A stretch of DNA of 64,000 nucleotides from Anthoceros angustus. Lineage: Eukaryota; Plantae; Anthocerotophyta. The stretch spans positions 992,001 through 1,056,000 of the forward strand of contig MU008168.1 of the NCBI GenBank assembly GCA_010909165.1, in the 5' to 3' direction. The notes beneath the pieces are model-generated. The model had not been told where the DNA came from and made no database searches. It worked only from the letters and a program-made list of their open reading frames with translations. Both the position numbers and the translations under genes were made by a program. Below, piece after piece: positions 22,634 to 32,802 of this stretch. Numbering within the stretch: the first letter of the stretch is position 1; every line of letters starts with the position of its first letter.

Positions 22634-25144
22634 TTGTCCAGAATAACGGTAGGAGAAATGGAGATGGAGGTGGTGCTCCCGCGGCGAGGTGATGGCATCG
22701 CGGGAGCTCCACAGCAGCAAACGTGGTGGATGCAGCAGCCAAGCCGTTTGCGTTCTCGCATCCCGGCAGCGGCAGCCGCAGCCGCAGCCGCGGTAGCAGG
22801 AAAGAAAGGAACAAGGAGCCTGAGCAGCAGCAGCATCGGTGGCAAGGAGCGGCAGCAGGAGCTCTTGTGGCATGACTTCCTCTCGGACCCGTTGCAGTGG
22901 TTGGACCAGAGGGCCGTCAAGCTGAGTGCGAACCATCCTGACTTCAGGCACAAGACATCCAAGCAGGCATTATGGCTATGCACGCCGGGCTGCAGGGAAT
23001 GGCAGCTGCCGGAGGAGCCAGATGCAGGAGCAGCAGGGGGAGCGGAGCTCAGGGAGGCTGTGCAAGCATTGCATGTCTTGGTGCTTCGCAGAACCTCGCA
23101 TCTTCCCGCGTCTCTCTTTTACCGCCTACTCAAGAGATGCATTGAGTGCAAGGATCTGCGTCTGGGGAAGCGAATCCATGCACTGGCTATCAGAAGCGGG
23201 CACGCATCAGACGCATTCTTGGCCAACCACATCATTGCCATGTATGCGTCTCATGGCAAATTGGAGGACGCTCTGCAGGTGTTCTCCAACGTCACCGCTC
23301 CGGACGCTCATATGTGGGCCACCATCATCTCGGCACACGCTCGGCATGGCCAGCCAGCACAGGCTATCCAGCTGTATCGGCGGATGCGGGGTGCGTCCAG
23401 TGTGAAGCCGGACAACCACTTGTTTGTGGCAGTCCTCAAGGCCTGTGCCATGGCCAAGGATCTGGATTCCGGCAAGGAGGTGCATGCTCACATTCTGCTC
23501 GCTGATGGCAGCCCCGACATGTTTGTCAGCAGCAGCCTGGTGAACATGTATGCCAAATGCGGCAGGTTGGAGGAAGCAGCGCAGGTGTTCAGCGAGGTGG
23601 TTGGGCCCAACACACACATGTGGTCGTCCATTATTTCGGCGCACGCCCGGCATGGGCAGCCCATCCAGGCCATAAATCTGTATCGGCAAATGCGAGAATC
23701 CGAGACTTCTGTCAAGCCGGATGACCATACGTTTGCGGCGGTGCTGGGAGCCTGTGCAGCTGCAACGGATTTAGTCTCAGGCAAGGAGGTGCATGCTGAC
23801 GTTTTGGAGAGTGGGGTTCAGCTAGGCACTTTTGTTGGCACTAGCTTGGTGAACATGTATGCCAAATGCAGAAACGTGGGGGATGCTCGCCGAGTGTTTG
23901 ACACATTGCCCACACAAAGTAAGACTGTGGTCACGTGGAATGCCATGATCGCAGGGTACACGCACCAGGGCCTCGCTCAAGGAGCCCTCAGTCTGTATGG
24001 GCATATGCAAGAGGAGGGTGTGACTCCGCCCGACCAGGGTACTTTTGTCTGCCTGCTTCAAGCGTGTGCCAGCCTGGGAGCTCTCCAGCATGGGAAAGAG
24101 CTTCATGCAAAGATCAAGGATGTGGGACTAGAAGCGGACTTGCTAGTCGGCAACTGCCTGGTGAACATGTATGCCAAGTGCGGGAACTTGGCAGATGCAC
24201 GCAAGGTGTTTGACGCCTTGCCGACAAAAGATGCGGTCACATGGTCTGCTCTGCTCAATGGTTATGCCGAACATAGTGATTGTGAAATGGCAATTCAGTG
24301 TTTCGCAGATATGCGTCAGCAAGGTGTGGAGCCAGATGACAAAACTTTCATATGTCTTTTTGTAGCATGCAGTCATGCTGGCCTGGTGCATGAGGGCCAG
24401 GAGTTTTTCAGGATGATGGTGGAAGACTATGGCATTACGCCCACCGATAATCATTTCAATTGCATGATCGATCTTCTTGGACGATCAGGCCAACTTGATG
24501 AGGCAGAGAGTATGGTGCAGAGTATGCCGTTTGACAATGTTGTGGGCTGGAAATCCTTGTTGAATGCCTGCAAAAGCCACCGTGATGTAGAGCGCGGACG
24601 TCGATGTTTTGACCGTCTTGTATTATTGGAACCTGGAAATGCTTATGCATATGTTGTTCTGGGTACCATCTACGCAAATGTGGGTAGATGGGAGGATGTA
24701 AAGGCATTGGAGTGCCTGAGAAGGTCTGCGGGTGCCTCTAAGATTCCCGCAATGGTGTGCATAGAAGTCAAGAACGAGGTGCACGAGTTCACAGTTGGAG
24801 AAGAGAGGTACGATATCTCATCCAAGCTCAGAAGTGTGAACATGAGGTTGAAGGAGGAAGGAGGGCATGTGCCACAAACGGATTTGGTGCTTAAGGCAAT
24901 GTCTGAGGAGGAGAAGGAGGATGCGCTTTGTGGACATGCAGAGAAGCTGGCATTGGCATATGGTCTACTCCACACCCCAGATGGCACAAGTTTGCTGATC
25001 ACCAAAAATCTTAGAATGTGCAATGACTGCCACAGTAGCACCAAGGTCCTGTCACGCCTGGAGAAGAGGGAGATCATTGTCAGGGATGCACACAGGGTGC
25101 ACTGCTTCCGGGATGGTTTGTGTACATGCGGGGATCGACCTTGA
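22634..25144 (+). CDS. PDF(OSB)-motif + PLS-PPR + DYW:KP protein ending CTCGDRP (first ATG 22658)
   Basis: N-terminal LLWHDFLSDPLQWLDQRAVKLSANHPDFRHKTSKQALWL, PLS array, KIPAMVCIEV, GGHVP, HAEKLALAYG, CNDCH, terminal GDRP. Confidence 0.93.
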   Translation: MSRITVGEMEMEVVLPRRGDGIAGAPQQQTWWMQQPSRLRSRIPAAAAAAAAAVAGKKGTRSLSSSSIGGKERQQELLWHDFLSDPLQWLDQRAVKLSANHPDFRHKTSKQALWLCTPGCREWQLPEEPDAGAAGGAELREAVQALHVLVLRRTSHLPASLFYRLLKRCIECKDLRLGKRIHALAIRSGHASDAFLANHIIAMYASHGKLEDALQVFSNVTAPDAHMWATIISAHARHGQPAQAIQLYRRMRGASSVKPDNHLFVAVLKACAMAKDLDSGKEVHAHILLADGSPDMFVSSSLVNMYAKCGRLEEAAQVFSEVVGPNTHMWSSIISAHARHGQPIQAINLYRQMRESETSVKPDDHTFAAVLGACAAATDLVSGKEVHADVLESGVQLGTFVGTSLVNMYAKCRNVGDARRVFDTLPTQSKTVVTWNAMIAGYTHQGLAQGALSLYGHMQEEGVTPPDQGTFVCLLQACASLGALQHGKELHAKIKDVGLEADLLVGNCLVNMYAKCGNLADARKVFDALPTKDAVTWSALLNGYAEHSDCEMAIQCFADMRQQGVEPDDKTFICLFVACSHAGLVHEGQEFFRMMVEDYGITPTDNHFNCMIDLLGRSGQLDEAESMVQSMPFDNVVGWKSLLNACKSHRDVERGRRCFDRLVLLEPGNAYAYVVLGTIYANVGRWEDVKALECLRRSAGASKIPAMVCIEVKNEVHEFTVGEERYDISSKLRSVNMRLKEEGGHVPQTDLVLKAMSEEEKEDALCGHAEKLALAYGLLHTPDGTSLLITKNLRMCNDCHSSTKVLSRLEKREIIVRDAHRVHCFRDGLCTCGDRP

Positions 25145-26927
25145 CATGCTCGTTCTCCATCTGGATGGCACATGTTCTGCCAGTCACCAACACTCCTTCC
25201 ACAGTAGCGAGCAAGGTGGTCCATCACTCACGTTTTAACAAGAGGGAGATGATTGCATGCCCACAGTGTACACACTGTTGCCGGGATTGTGTGGATAGGG
25301 ATTGCGCTTCTATTTTGGGAGTCGAAATGTCTGACAGGCCGGCTGGAAGAAGAGGACGAAAGATGACGAACTTCGTCGTTCTGCAGTCTGGTTTCAGCGC
25401 ATTTCTTTTCTTCTCATGGGGGCTGCTAGCAGTTGCCACACGGGAGGCTGTGTGCCTGATCAGCCTGGACGTTGGTACCCATACCCATCCTGGTGTGACT
25501 GTGTCATGCACGCTAGTATGCAGAGCAGGCAGCGTCCCATCGTAGTACATATTTCTGAAAAGGAGCTTGGAAGAGAGCATGTGGACATGCCCCGGTGCGC
25601 TCAGGAAGTGGATTCTTTGTCAGCAGCATCTAAAGGACTTTTTCTCGCTCGGCTGGTAGCAGGGATGGCATGAGATGGGGAAGTGGACCACATGGGACAG
25701 ACATGTTTGTGCAGCAGGCCCAGCCGCTCGCTACAGAGCGCTGCTCTAGCGAGCCGGACTGAAGTGGAGTTAGGAGAATGTACAAATGTGTAACACCTAC
25801 TACCTACCCACCAGCTACGTTTGGTGGAGTGGAGCAGCATGGCTGCGGGTTCCCGGAGAGGCAACAGCAGCAGCTCTTGTTGCTTCATGAGCGAAGTGCC
25901 GGGTTGAATCAAGAGGCTGCCCTGCCCATGTACATTTGTCTTTGTTTGTGGGTCTCTCTCCCCTGCCCTCTCCTCCCCTCCCCTGTGCTGCTGCTGTTCT
26001 GTCCTGTGGCAGAATCTGTTTGGATATGGGCAGTTCTCACAGAGGAAGCCTTGGGCAGTCCGTATAGTCCTGTTATCTATCCACCTGCATACGGCTTCGA
26101 CTAGGGGGATGGACTGACTTCACCACGTATTTATATTTCGCACAAACGAAGACCCGATTTTGCACCACCTCTGGTACCTACCAGTGACCAGCCAAGGGGC
26201 GGAGGCTCCCTTTTTATAAGCACTCGAAAAGCGGTGTCGTGTGGGGAGATACTGTTGTAATAAAGTCCACTGCAGAGACACCCACTGAACTACAGTACCT
26301 CCCTTTTGAGCTATCATATAGTATATGCCAAGCTAGCCAGGTACCAGCGTAACAGCAGTCTGAGGGTCCAGATAAGAGAGAGAGAGAGGCGGAAGACGAC
26401 TTATTATATTGTATGTATGTCTGTACACCGTATTGTCGAAAGGGGAGTTTCTGACAGGGCTGGGACTAGTTTAGGGGAGGAGGAGTTGCTATTGCTGTTG
26501 TTGTTGCTGCTGGTGTTGTTGTTGTTGTTGTGGGAGCTGCGAGAAAAATGAAAAGGAAGGGGAAGGGGAAGGGTTTGGAGTGTGGACGACAAGAGGGAGG
26601 AGCGTGGTGGCGAGCTCAGGATGGTGTGGGCAAGGCCACGGCCAGGAAGGCTTGAGGACGAAGAAGCAGCAGAAGAAGAGGCGGAGGAGGAGGAGGAGGA
26701 GGAGGAGGAGGAAGAGGGAGGAGGAGGAGGAGGAGGAGGAGGAGCACAGCAGCAGCTTGCCGAGGTGGAGCTTGTTCTGCTGGCGCCGACACCTCCCTTA
26801 GCAAGAAGGAAGGAGAGGCACAACAGCGAGGGACGCATGTGGAGGGTGCTGCTGCAGCAGCAGCAAGGACGACCCATGAGCGGCACGCAGAGGAAGGAGC
26901 GCCGCTGCCGCTGCAGCTGGTGCATGG

Positions 26928-28838
26928 GTGAATGATGGCCGCTCCGTTTTGAACATGAGAAGCCTTCCTGAAGGTGGGCAGCCCAACAGCTTGTTGGCCG
27001 ACTCCGCGCTCCCTTGGGCGTCTGCCTCCTGCCATAGGGTTGCAGCCGCCGTCGCCGCCGCTGGGGCCGGGGCCGGGGCCGGAGCCGGAGCTGGAGCAGG
27101 AGCAGGAGCAGGAGCAGCAACGTATGGGGCGGCGGGAGCAGTGGAGGCGGCAGCGGTGCTGCAGCGGCATCACCTCTTCCTGGATCTGGAGGCTGGCCGG
27201 GATGTGGTGATCGTCAAGGATGTACAGGTGAAATCGTTCCTGGATTTGAGTTTGCGGATTGGTGATGCTCAGCAGCAGCAGCAGAGCCAGCACAAATCCA
27301 AGAGGCTGCACTCGGATGCCTTCGGCAGGAGCACCGCCGAGAACGGTGAGCCTGTCACCAGCAGCCGCATGTTAGATCAAGGGCAAGGGCAAGGGCAAGC
27401 CGCCTCCTGTGGGAAGAAGAACGGATGCTTTTCGGCGGCAGCGGTGTTAGCAGCGTCCGCAACTTGGAATCAGCAACAGCAGCAGGAGGAGGCGGCTGCG
27501 ACGGGATCCCGGAAAGAGGCCGGCATTTCGGATGTCGAGTGCCATAGCAGCTGGAGATCCCTGTCCTCCAGCAGCCCAACTCGGTCGGAGGAGGGCAGCC
27601 GGCGGTCGCAGGAGGGGGAGAACTCTGCGTCTTTGAATGTGGATGACAGCCCTTTTGGGAGCAGCAGCGACGCTGCTGCGGCGGCGGCGGGGGGAGAAGG
27701 AGGAGGAGCTGCTGCCACGGGGACTGCAGGGGCAGAGTCGTCGGCAGGAGGAGGTGCAATAGCAGCAGCAGGAGGAGCAGCAGCTGAACAGCGCGTCTTC
27801 TCCTGCAACTTCTGCCAGAGGAAGTTCTTCAGCTCGCAGGCTTTGGGCGGACACCAGAATGCCCACAAGCGGGAGAGGACGGCGGCCAGGCGGGCTCAGC
27901 GCTTTGGATCGGTGGTGGCTCCTCGGCTCATGCCGCTGCACCTGCAGCAGCATCCTCCGCACCAGCAGGCCCGGCCGCAGCACCCCAACTGCGATGGGTT
28001 GGGAGGTGGGGGTGGCATTGTGAACCACAGATCCCTGGGCGTGCAGGCGCACTCGGCCACGCTTCAGCACCATGGCTACGCCAGCAACCAGGCCCTCATG
28101 GCCGACTGTGTTCCTCTGCCTCGGCCTGCCCATGCCCTGCACCCCGGCTGGCCCACGCAGTCGTTCATGAGCTTTCACCCGGGCATAGGCAAGTATGGTG
28201 CTGCCGCGGCGCCCAACAGCAGCAGCAGCAGCAACAACAACAACGGCCACAGCAGGACGGCTGGTCGAGGAGGAGGAGGAGTAGGAGGCGGAGGAGGAGG
28301 AGGAGTAGGAGGCGGAGGAGGAGGAGGAGTAGGAGGAGCAGGAGGCGGAGGAGCAGGAGGAGGAGGAACAGGAGGAGGAGGAGGAGGAACAGGAGGAGGA
28401 GGAGCAGGAGGAGGAGGAACAGGAGGAGGAGGAACAGGAGGAGGAGGAACAGGAGGAGGAGGAGGAGGAGGAGGAGGAGGAGGAGGAGGAGGTGGTGGTG
28501 GTGGTGGTGGAGGCGGAGGAGGAGGGGCCCCGGTCGAGGCCGCTGAGCTCATGGGCAGACCGTTTGTGCCCTCCTTCCCCGAGGACGACACCCGCGCAAG
28601 CTGGCAGGCCGCAGCTGTCCGCCCCCGCCCTGGAGAAACGTTGGCAGGGTCACTGGCGGCTTCTGCTGCTGCTGCAGCCCAGCCTCACCAACGCTTCTTC
28701 ACCAACAACACTGATCTTGCTTGTAAAGCTCGCCCTGATCTTGGACATGCTCAAGGATTTGGGGCTGACAGGCCTCGCGAAGACCCTACCCCGGCCCCCC
28801 CTAGATTAGATCTCTCTCTCCGTCTTGGATTTGATTGA
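26928..28838 (+). CDS. Single C2H2 zinc-finger (ZFP/GIS/SUPERMAN-like class) repressor with EAR motifs; first in-frame ATG 26955
   Basis: FSCNFCQRKFFSSQALGGHQNAHKRER (QALGGH finger); C-terminal LDLSLRL and N-terminal FLDLSLRIG EAR-like motifs. Confidence 0.9.
   Translation: MNDGRSVLNMRSLPEGGQPNSLLADSALPWASASCHRVAAAVAAAGAGAGAGAGAGAGAGAGAATYGAAGAVEAAAVLQRHHLFLDLEAGRDVVIVKDVQVKSFLDLSLRIGDAQQQQQSQHKSKRLHSDAFGRSTAENGEPVTSSRMLDQGQGQGQAASCGKKNGCFSAAAVLAASATWNQQQQQEEAAATGSRKEAGISDVECHSSWRSLSSSSPTRSEEGSRRSQEGENSASLNVDDSPFGSSSDAAAAAAGGEGGGAAATGTAGAESSAGGGAIAAAGGAAAEQRVFSCNFCQRKFFSSQALGGHQNAHKRERTAARRAQRFGSVVAPRLMPLHLQQHPPHQQARPQHPNCDGLGGGGGIVNHRSLGVQAHSATLQHHGYASNQALMADCVPLPRPAHALHPGWPTQSFMSFHPGIGKYGAAAAPNSSSSSNNNNGHSRTAGRGGGGVGGGGGGGVGGGGGGGVGGAGGGGAGGGGTGGGGGGTGGGGAGGGGTGGGGTGGGGTGGGGGGGGGGGGGGGGGGGGGGGGGAPVEAAELMGRPFVPSFPEDDTRASWQAAAVRPRPGETLAGSLAASAAAAAQPHQRFFTNNTDLACKARPDLGHAQGFGADRPREDPTPAPPRLDLSLRLGFD
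28269..28526 (+). repeat. (GGA)n-based coding microsatellite encoding an ~86-residue Gly-rich tract
   Basis: gga runs interrupted by gta, gca, aca, ggc and ggt codons. Confidence 0.95.
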
Positions 28839-31034
28839 CCTCATCTCACCTTCCGTTTCTTCTTCTTGACTTTCTCCTCTTTGCCTCTCTGCCTACAAGC
28901 AACAAGGCAAAAGGGCGGGGGTTTGGCAATTTGTAAGTGTGTACTCGTCCCCTCAGCAGCAGCGTCATGGAGGAAGAAGAAGGGATAGGAGGAAGGGATG
29001 ATGGACTGACGGAGATGAGTGGATGCGTAGATTGATGGATGGATGTATGTACGTGCTCGGTTGAAGGATGGATGGTAGGCTGGTTGGTTGACGGCTGCTT
29101 GCTGGCTTGGCTAGAGGATACAGCTCCTTCTTATCCACTTCGCCAGGGCCGTTCTCCCCATTCGTTCAAGCACGCTACTGCTTGCTGTTCGTCTGGGCAC
29201 TGGATTATCACCCTGGTGGGAACGCAGGTGGATGCTGGAGCCTCCATCCTTCCCTCACATCCATCTCTACTGTAGCTACTAGTACAGAAGACTTAGGCCC
29301 AATTCGTAGTTACCCCTTAGACTCCTTTTTCAGGCTCACCACGCTGACCCCACACCTGTGATTTGCTCAACACACCTCTTTGCCCCACATTCCGAGCGCT
29401 TGAGGTTCGATGGAGAAAAGGCTCTCAACAACCTTAGTGGGCTGGTCAAATTCTTTGGACCATGATATTGCGGGTGTGGAGGACGTATCTCAAGGAGGAA
29501 GCAGGTATACCTGCTGCCTGAGCTTTTGTCCCTTTTCTTGTTCTTTCGCTGTTTTCATCCATGTAGTCTAGGCTTTGTACTCAAATCACCTGCAGTGTGC
29601 CCAATTGCTAGACTAAAAGCTCCTCGTTAGACTCTGGTTGGATTGAGTCTTGCATCTCGTTTATCACCTTAGTTGGTGTTCGTGCATGCAAGTGTTAAGT
29701 CAACCAAAGTATGGACCTGTTTATGACAGAATTTTGGTTTTACTCATCATCGTGCTTTGCTTTGAAGCAGGTCAGCCCAAAGTGAATGGAGGAGGGAGCG
29801 TGTACCGGTTACACTAGGGTGCCGTTTCCTCTTCCTCCCTTCTAGCTGCACTGCTTGCTTTTTGCAAGCGAAGGATCGGCAAACTATGTGACATTGTAGG
29901 TCATACAGATGTCTGTTTGACATTATATAAAGTGAGCTTTGCTGCTTATTTACTGTACCCTGGTTCTGCTTCAAAATCCTTGTTGCTGCTTTAGTGTCGG
30001 ATACCCTCTCCTCCCTGACGTGGACAACCCTGGTCTAGCCTGTTGGGTCCGGCCATCTTCAGGGGCACAAGTTTTGAGCATCTCTGTGCTAGCCAGGAGT
30101 GAAGTTTGCAAGTTGCTGTGCAATTGGAAGACCCCAGGTCATTGTTGTGGAGGAAGAGGAGAGCGACCCAAACTACCAGGGAAAGCGCTGCGGTTGTGCT
30201 TCTTTGCAGATCCCCAAGTGGAGGTGAGTGTCTTTCTTTTCTCTGGTGGGTCCCTTTGATGGACCGTCGGATCGTACGCAGGAGTTTGTCGTACACCAAC
30301 CTTGCCTCTTGTTTCCTGTTCTTTTTCAGTTTCAGCTTGAGTACATTTTGTGACTCTTTGTTCCCAGGATACATATGTACTCGTAGGAAAGCAAAACTGT
30401 GAAAGGTTGCTTGGTGTTGCTGCTGCTCTTGTGATACAATAACTACACGGTCCCTTAGTGGCTGCCCAGTTCTGAACACATGGTGACCACTGATTTTGTC
30501 TTGGATCCAAATATAGGCTATGAAGAAGAGGTTTGTGTCTAAATATACGGATGTGCCTAAGTGAACGGGATATGATTGAAGATCCTGTGGAGTCTGTAAG
30601 ATATAGTATGCGGAAAAGAAGAATTAATTCAGATTCCATTCCCCAGCAGGCGCCGGCATTGCTCCAGTCTGACTCAGTAGCCATTTTGGAACCCACGCAC
30701 CTGATATGACGTCTCGCTTCTCCAGGTGTGGCATAAACTTCGGCCCGTACCTGATACGCCATATGCAAAGGTGCGTCATCTGGTTTATCCAGCAGACAGG
30801 CCAAGGTATTTTCTCAGCATATACTTTTCCTTCTCAGAAATTGGCCTCATCGGCAGTCTCTATGGCACCTGGCCCCCTTCCTCCGTCGACCTTATATTCA
30901 TGCTCCGCAGCTTGAACGATATGTTCCACCTGTCCTATCTGCATGCATTCGCATAAATGCTTCTCAAAGGTTGGATGGAAGGATCCGTTTACCATACTTT
31001 CAAAGGGTCATCGGTCAAAGAATGGTTTGTCACC

Positions 31035-31816
31035 CTTTTCTGCCAGATACCAAGTCGGGGGCAAAGGCACAGCTTGAAGGGCAAGTATCAAGATATGAGC
31101 ATCCGCCTTCACGCCTGACCTACGCATCTCATGGTAATGTTGTATGGCCTCCTTAGGTTTCCCATGTTTACCATAAGGAGAGATAATGGCAAATCACATG
31201 AAGGCATCTGGTTTGGCTACCCTGGTGAACACATCCATGGCCTCCTGCAGCTTACCTCCACATGCATACATGCGTAATGTATGGTTCCCGAGGTATGCGT
31301 GAACTCGTCGCCCCACAACCAAATCCTTCTTAGCTGCACAATGTTTTAGAACGGCGCAAAACATAGACTGAGATGTAGCAGAATCTGCACGACGCCCATC
31401 TCCGATCCTCCACGCCTGCCAGCTGCAGGCTTACATGGAGAGCTCGACTTGGAAGGAGAGGCACCACGACCCATCAGCATATCCAAGAAAATGAGCTGCT
31501 CATCAACTCAAGCTGGCTTAAACATGCCGTTCAACCACAGGAGCTCGCCGGACCCCTTACACCGGAAGTCAGGCGACCTAGAGCTCTTGTCATCTCGTCT
31601 GTTGTCCCACCACAAGGCCAGAAAAAATTGTTGCCACAAATGCTCCTGCACCTGGCGACGAGCATGGCTGAAAAATCCGTCCGCACCCACACATTTTCTC
31701 GGAAGTGGAAGTACTGGGCTCCTCACACTACTGCACCTGGGAGCTCCTCGTAGAATCCCTGCATACACGTCAAGTTGTTGGGTCCACAACGGGTCCGGTT
31801 CCCATGATGTGGCCAT
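31035..31816 (-). pseudogene. Degenerate PDF-motif + PLS-PPR gene fragment
   Basis: MATSWEPDPLWTQQ...EHLWQQFFLALWWDNRRDDKSSRSPDFRCKGSGELLWLNGMFKPA*VDEQL, then PPR relics (YLGNHTLRMYACGGKLQEAMDVFTRVAKPDAFM*, EAIQHYHEMRRSGVKADAH). Confidence 0.85.
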
Positions 31817-31959
31817 CGTTCAGGGAGCGCTGTCGGAAGATGAAGCCAACAACAGACTATGGCAGGACGCCAGGTAAATACATACCGTGTATGCCCACAC
31901 CACAGTGAAGCGTAGTGCAGACGGTTTTCTCTTGACTACCGTGGCAGAAGTCACCAATA

Positions 31960-32220
31960 ATACAAGACAATGGGAACGTCATGCCAGAACAGGATCTCGT
32001 CTGCGCAGAGCGCGTGCATGCTTTGGCAGTGCACTGTGGGTGGGTACGACTTGAAAGCACCTCTGGCCAATCATATCATCGGGATGTATGTAGGCTGCTT
32101 CTACTCCTCGCTGATTGGACGACGCCAGGCCTGTTCCCAGCATTCCCACGTGGGCTTCCATTCTTCTGGCGCATGCCCGACACGAGCAGCCCGCACAGCT
32201 TAGGTATGTATCAAGTTGAT
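31960..32220 (+). pseudogene. Short PPR N-terminal relic
   Basis: QDLVCAERVHALAVHCG, LANHIIGMY and WASILLAHARHEQPAQ lie in shifting frames and resemble the first L-S-P motifs of the 12177 and 22634 genes. Confidence 0.65.
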
Positions 32221-32802
32221 GGATGGACTTCCACATATCTACGACTGCCATCACTGGATGTGAAAGCCAAATAGAACGTCCTTCTCAGTAGTCCAGTCAC
32301 CAGAGGCCAATGACATTCACCGGAAGCCATGGACCAGTCACCAAAGGCCAAGGTCACTCTCAGCTGTCTTCTTCCTGCTGGATATGCACATACAGTATGT
32401 ATGTCTACACTCTACAGCGCTTCAACGCTTCAAGCTTGATGCCTACAGGGCCTATAGTAGAACAACCTACTTACTTTAAGTATGTGTGGCTGAAGTTCAG
32501 CCATTCAGCCTCGGATAAAATTTGCACCCTTGCGTATTAATCTGGGCTGAAGACTTACTATTCCCATTGGCCTACCATCCATGCTACTTCGCCTTGCTGG
32601 TAACTTCACAGTCCTGTATTAGATTTACTTGCGGCCCTTCTGGTGATGGGCTCTCTGTTCTTAGACTGCCCGTAAGGCGAATGATTTTCATTGTAACTGG
32701 AGAAGCAGGGATGACTTTCATCTTAATTTGTTTGCTCACGCTTTCTGCTCAAAGCCCAAAGCCCAAAAATGTGTTTTTCATCATGGGCCAAATATTGTCT
32801 TA

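Noticed and set aside
25224-25912. Cys-containing minus ORFs (LGLLHKHVCPMW, QCVHCGH) resembling CACTA or other transposase fragments
   Set aside because: Only isolated short motifs were seen, with no catalytic DDE context or TIRs, so the call cannot be supported without a search.
30139-30804. 221-aa minus ORF with PLLHSLYLDPR, faintly hAT-like
   Set aside because: Motif spacing does not fit hAT transposases, and no other support was found.
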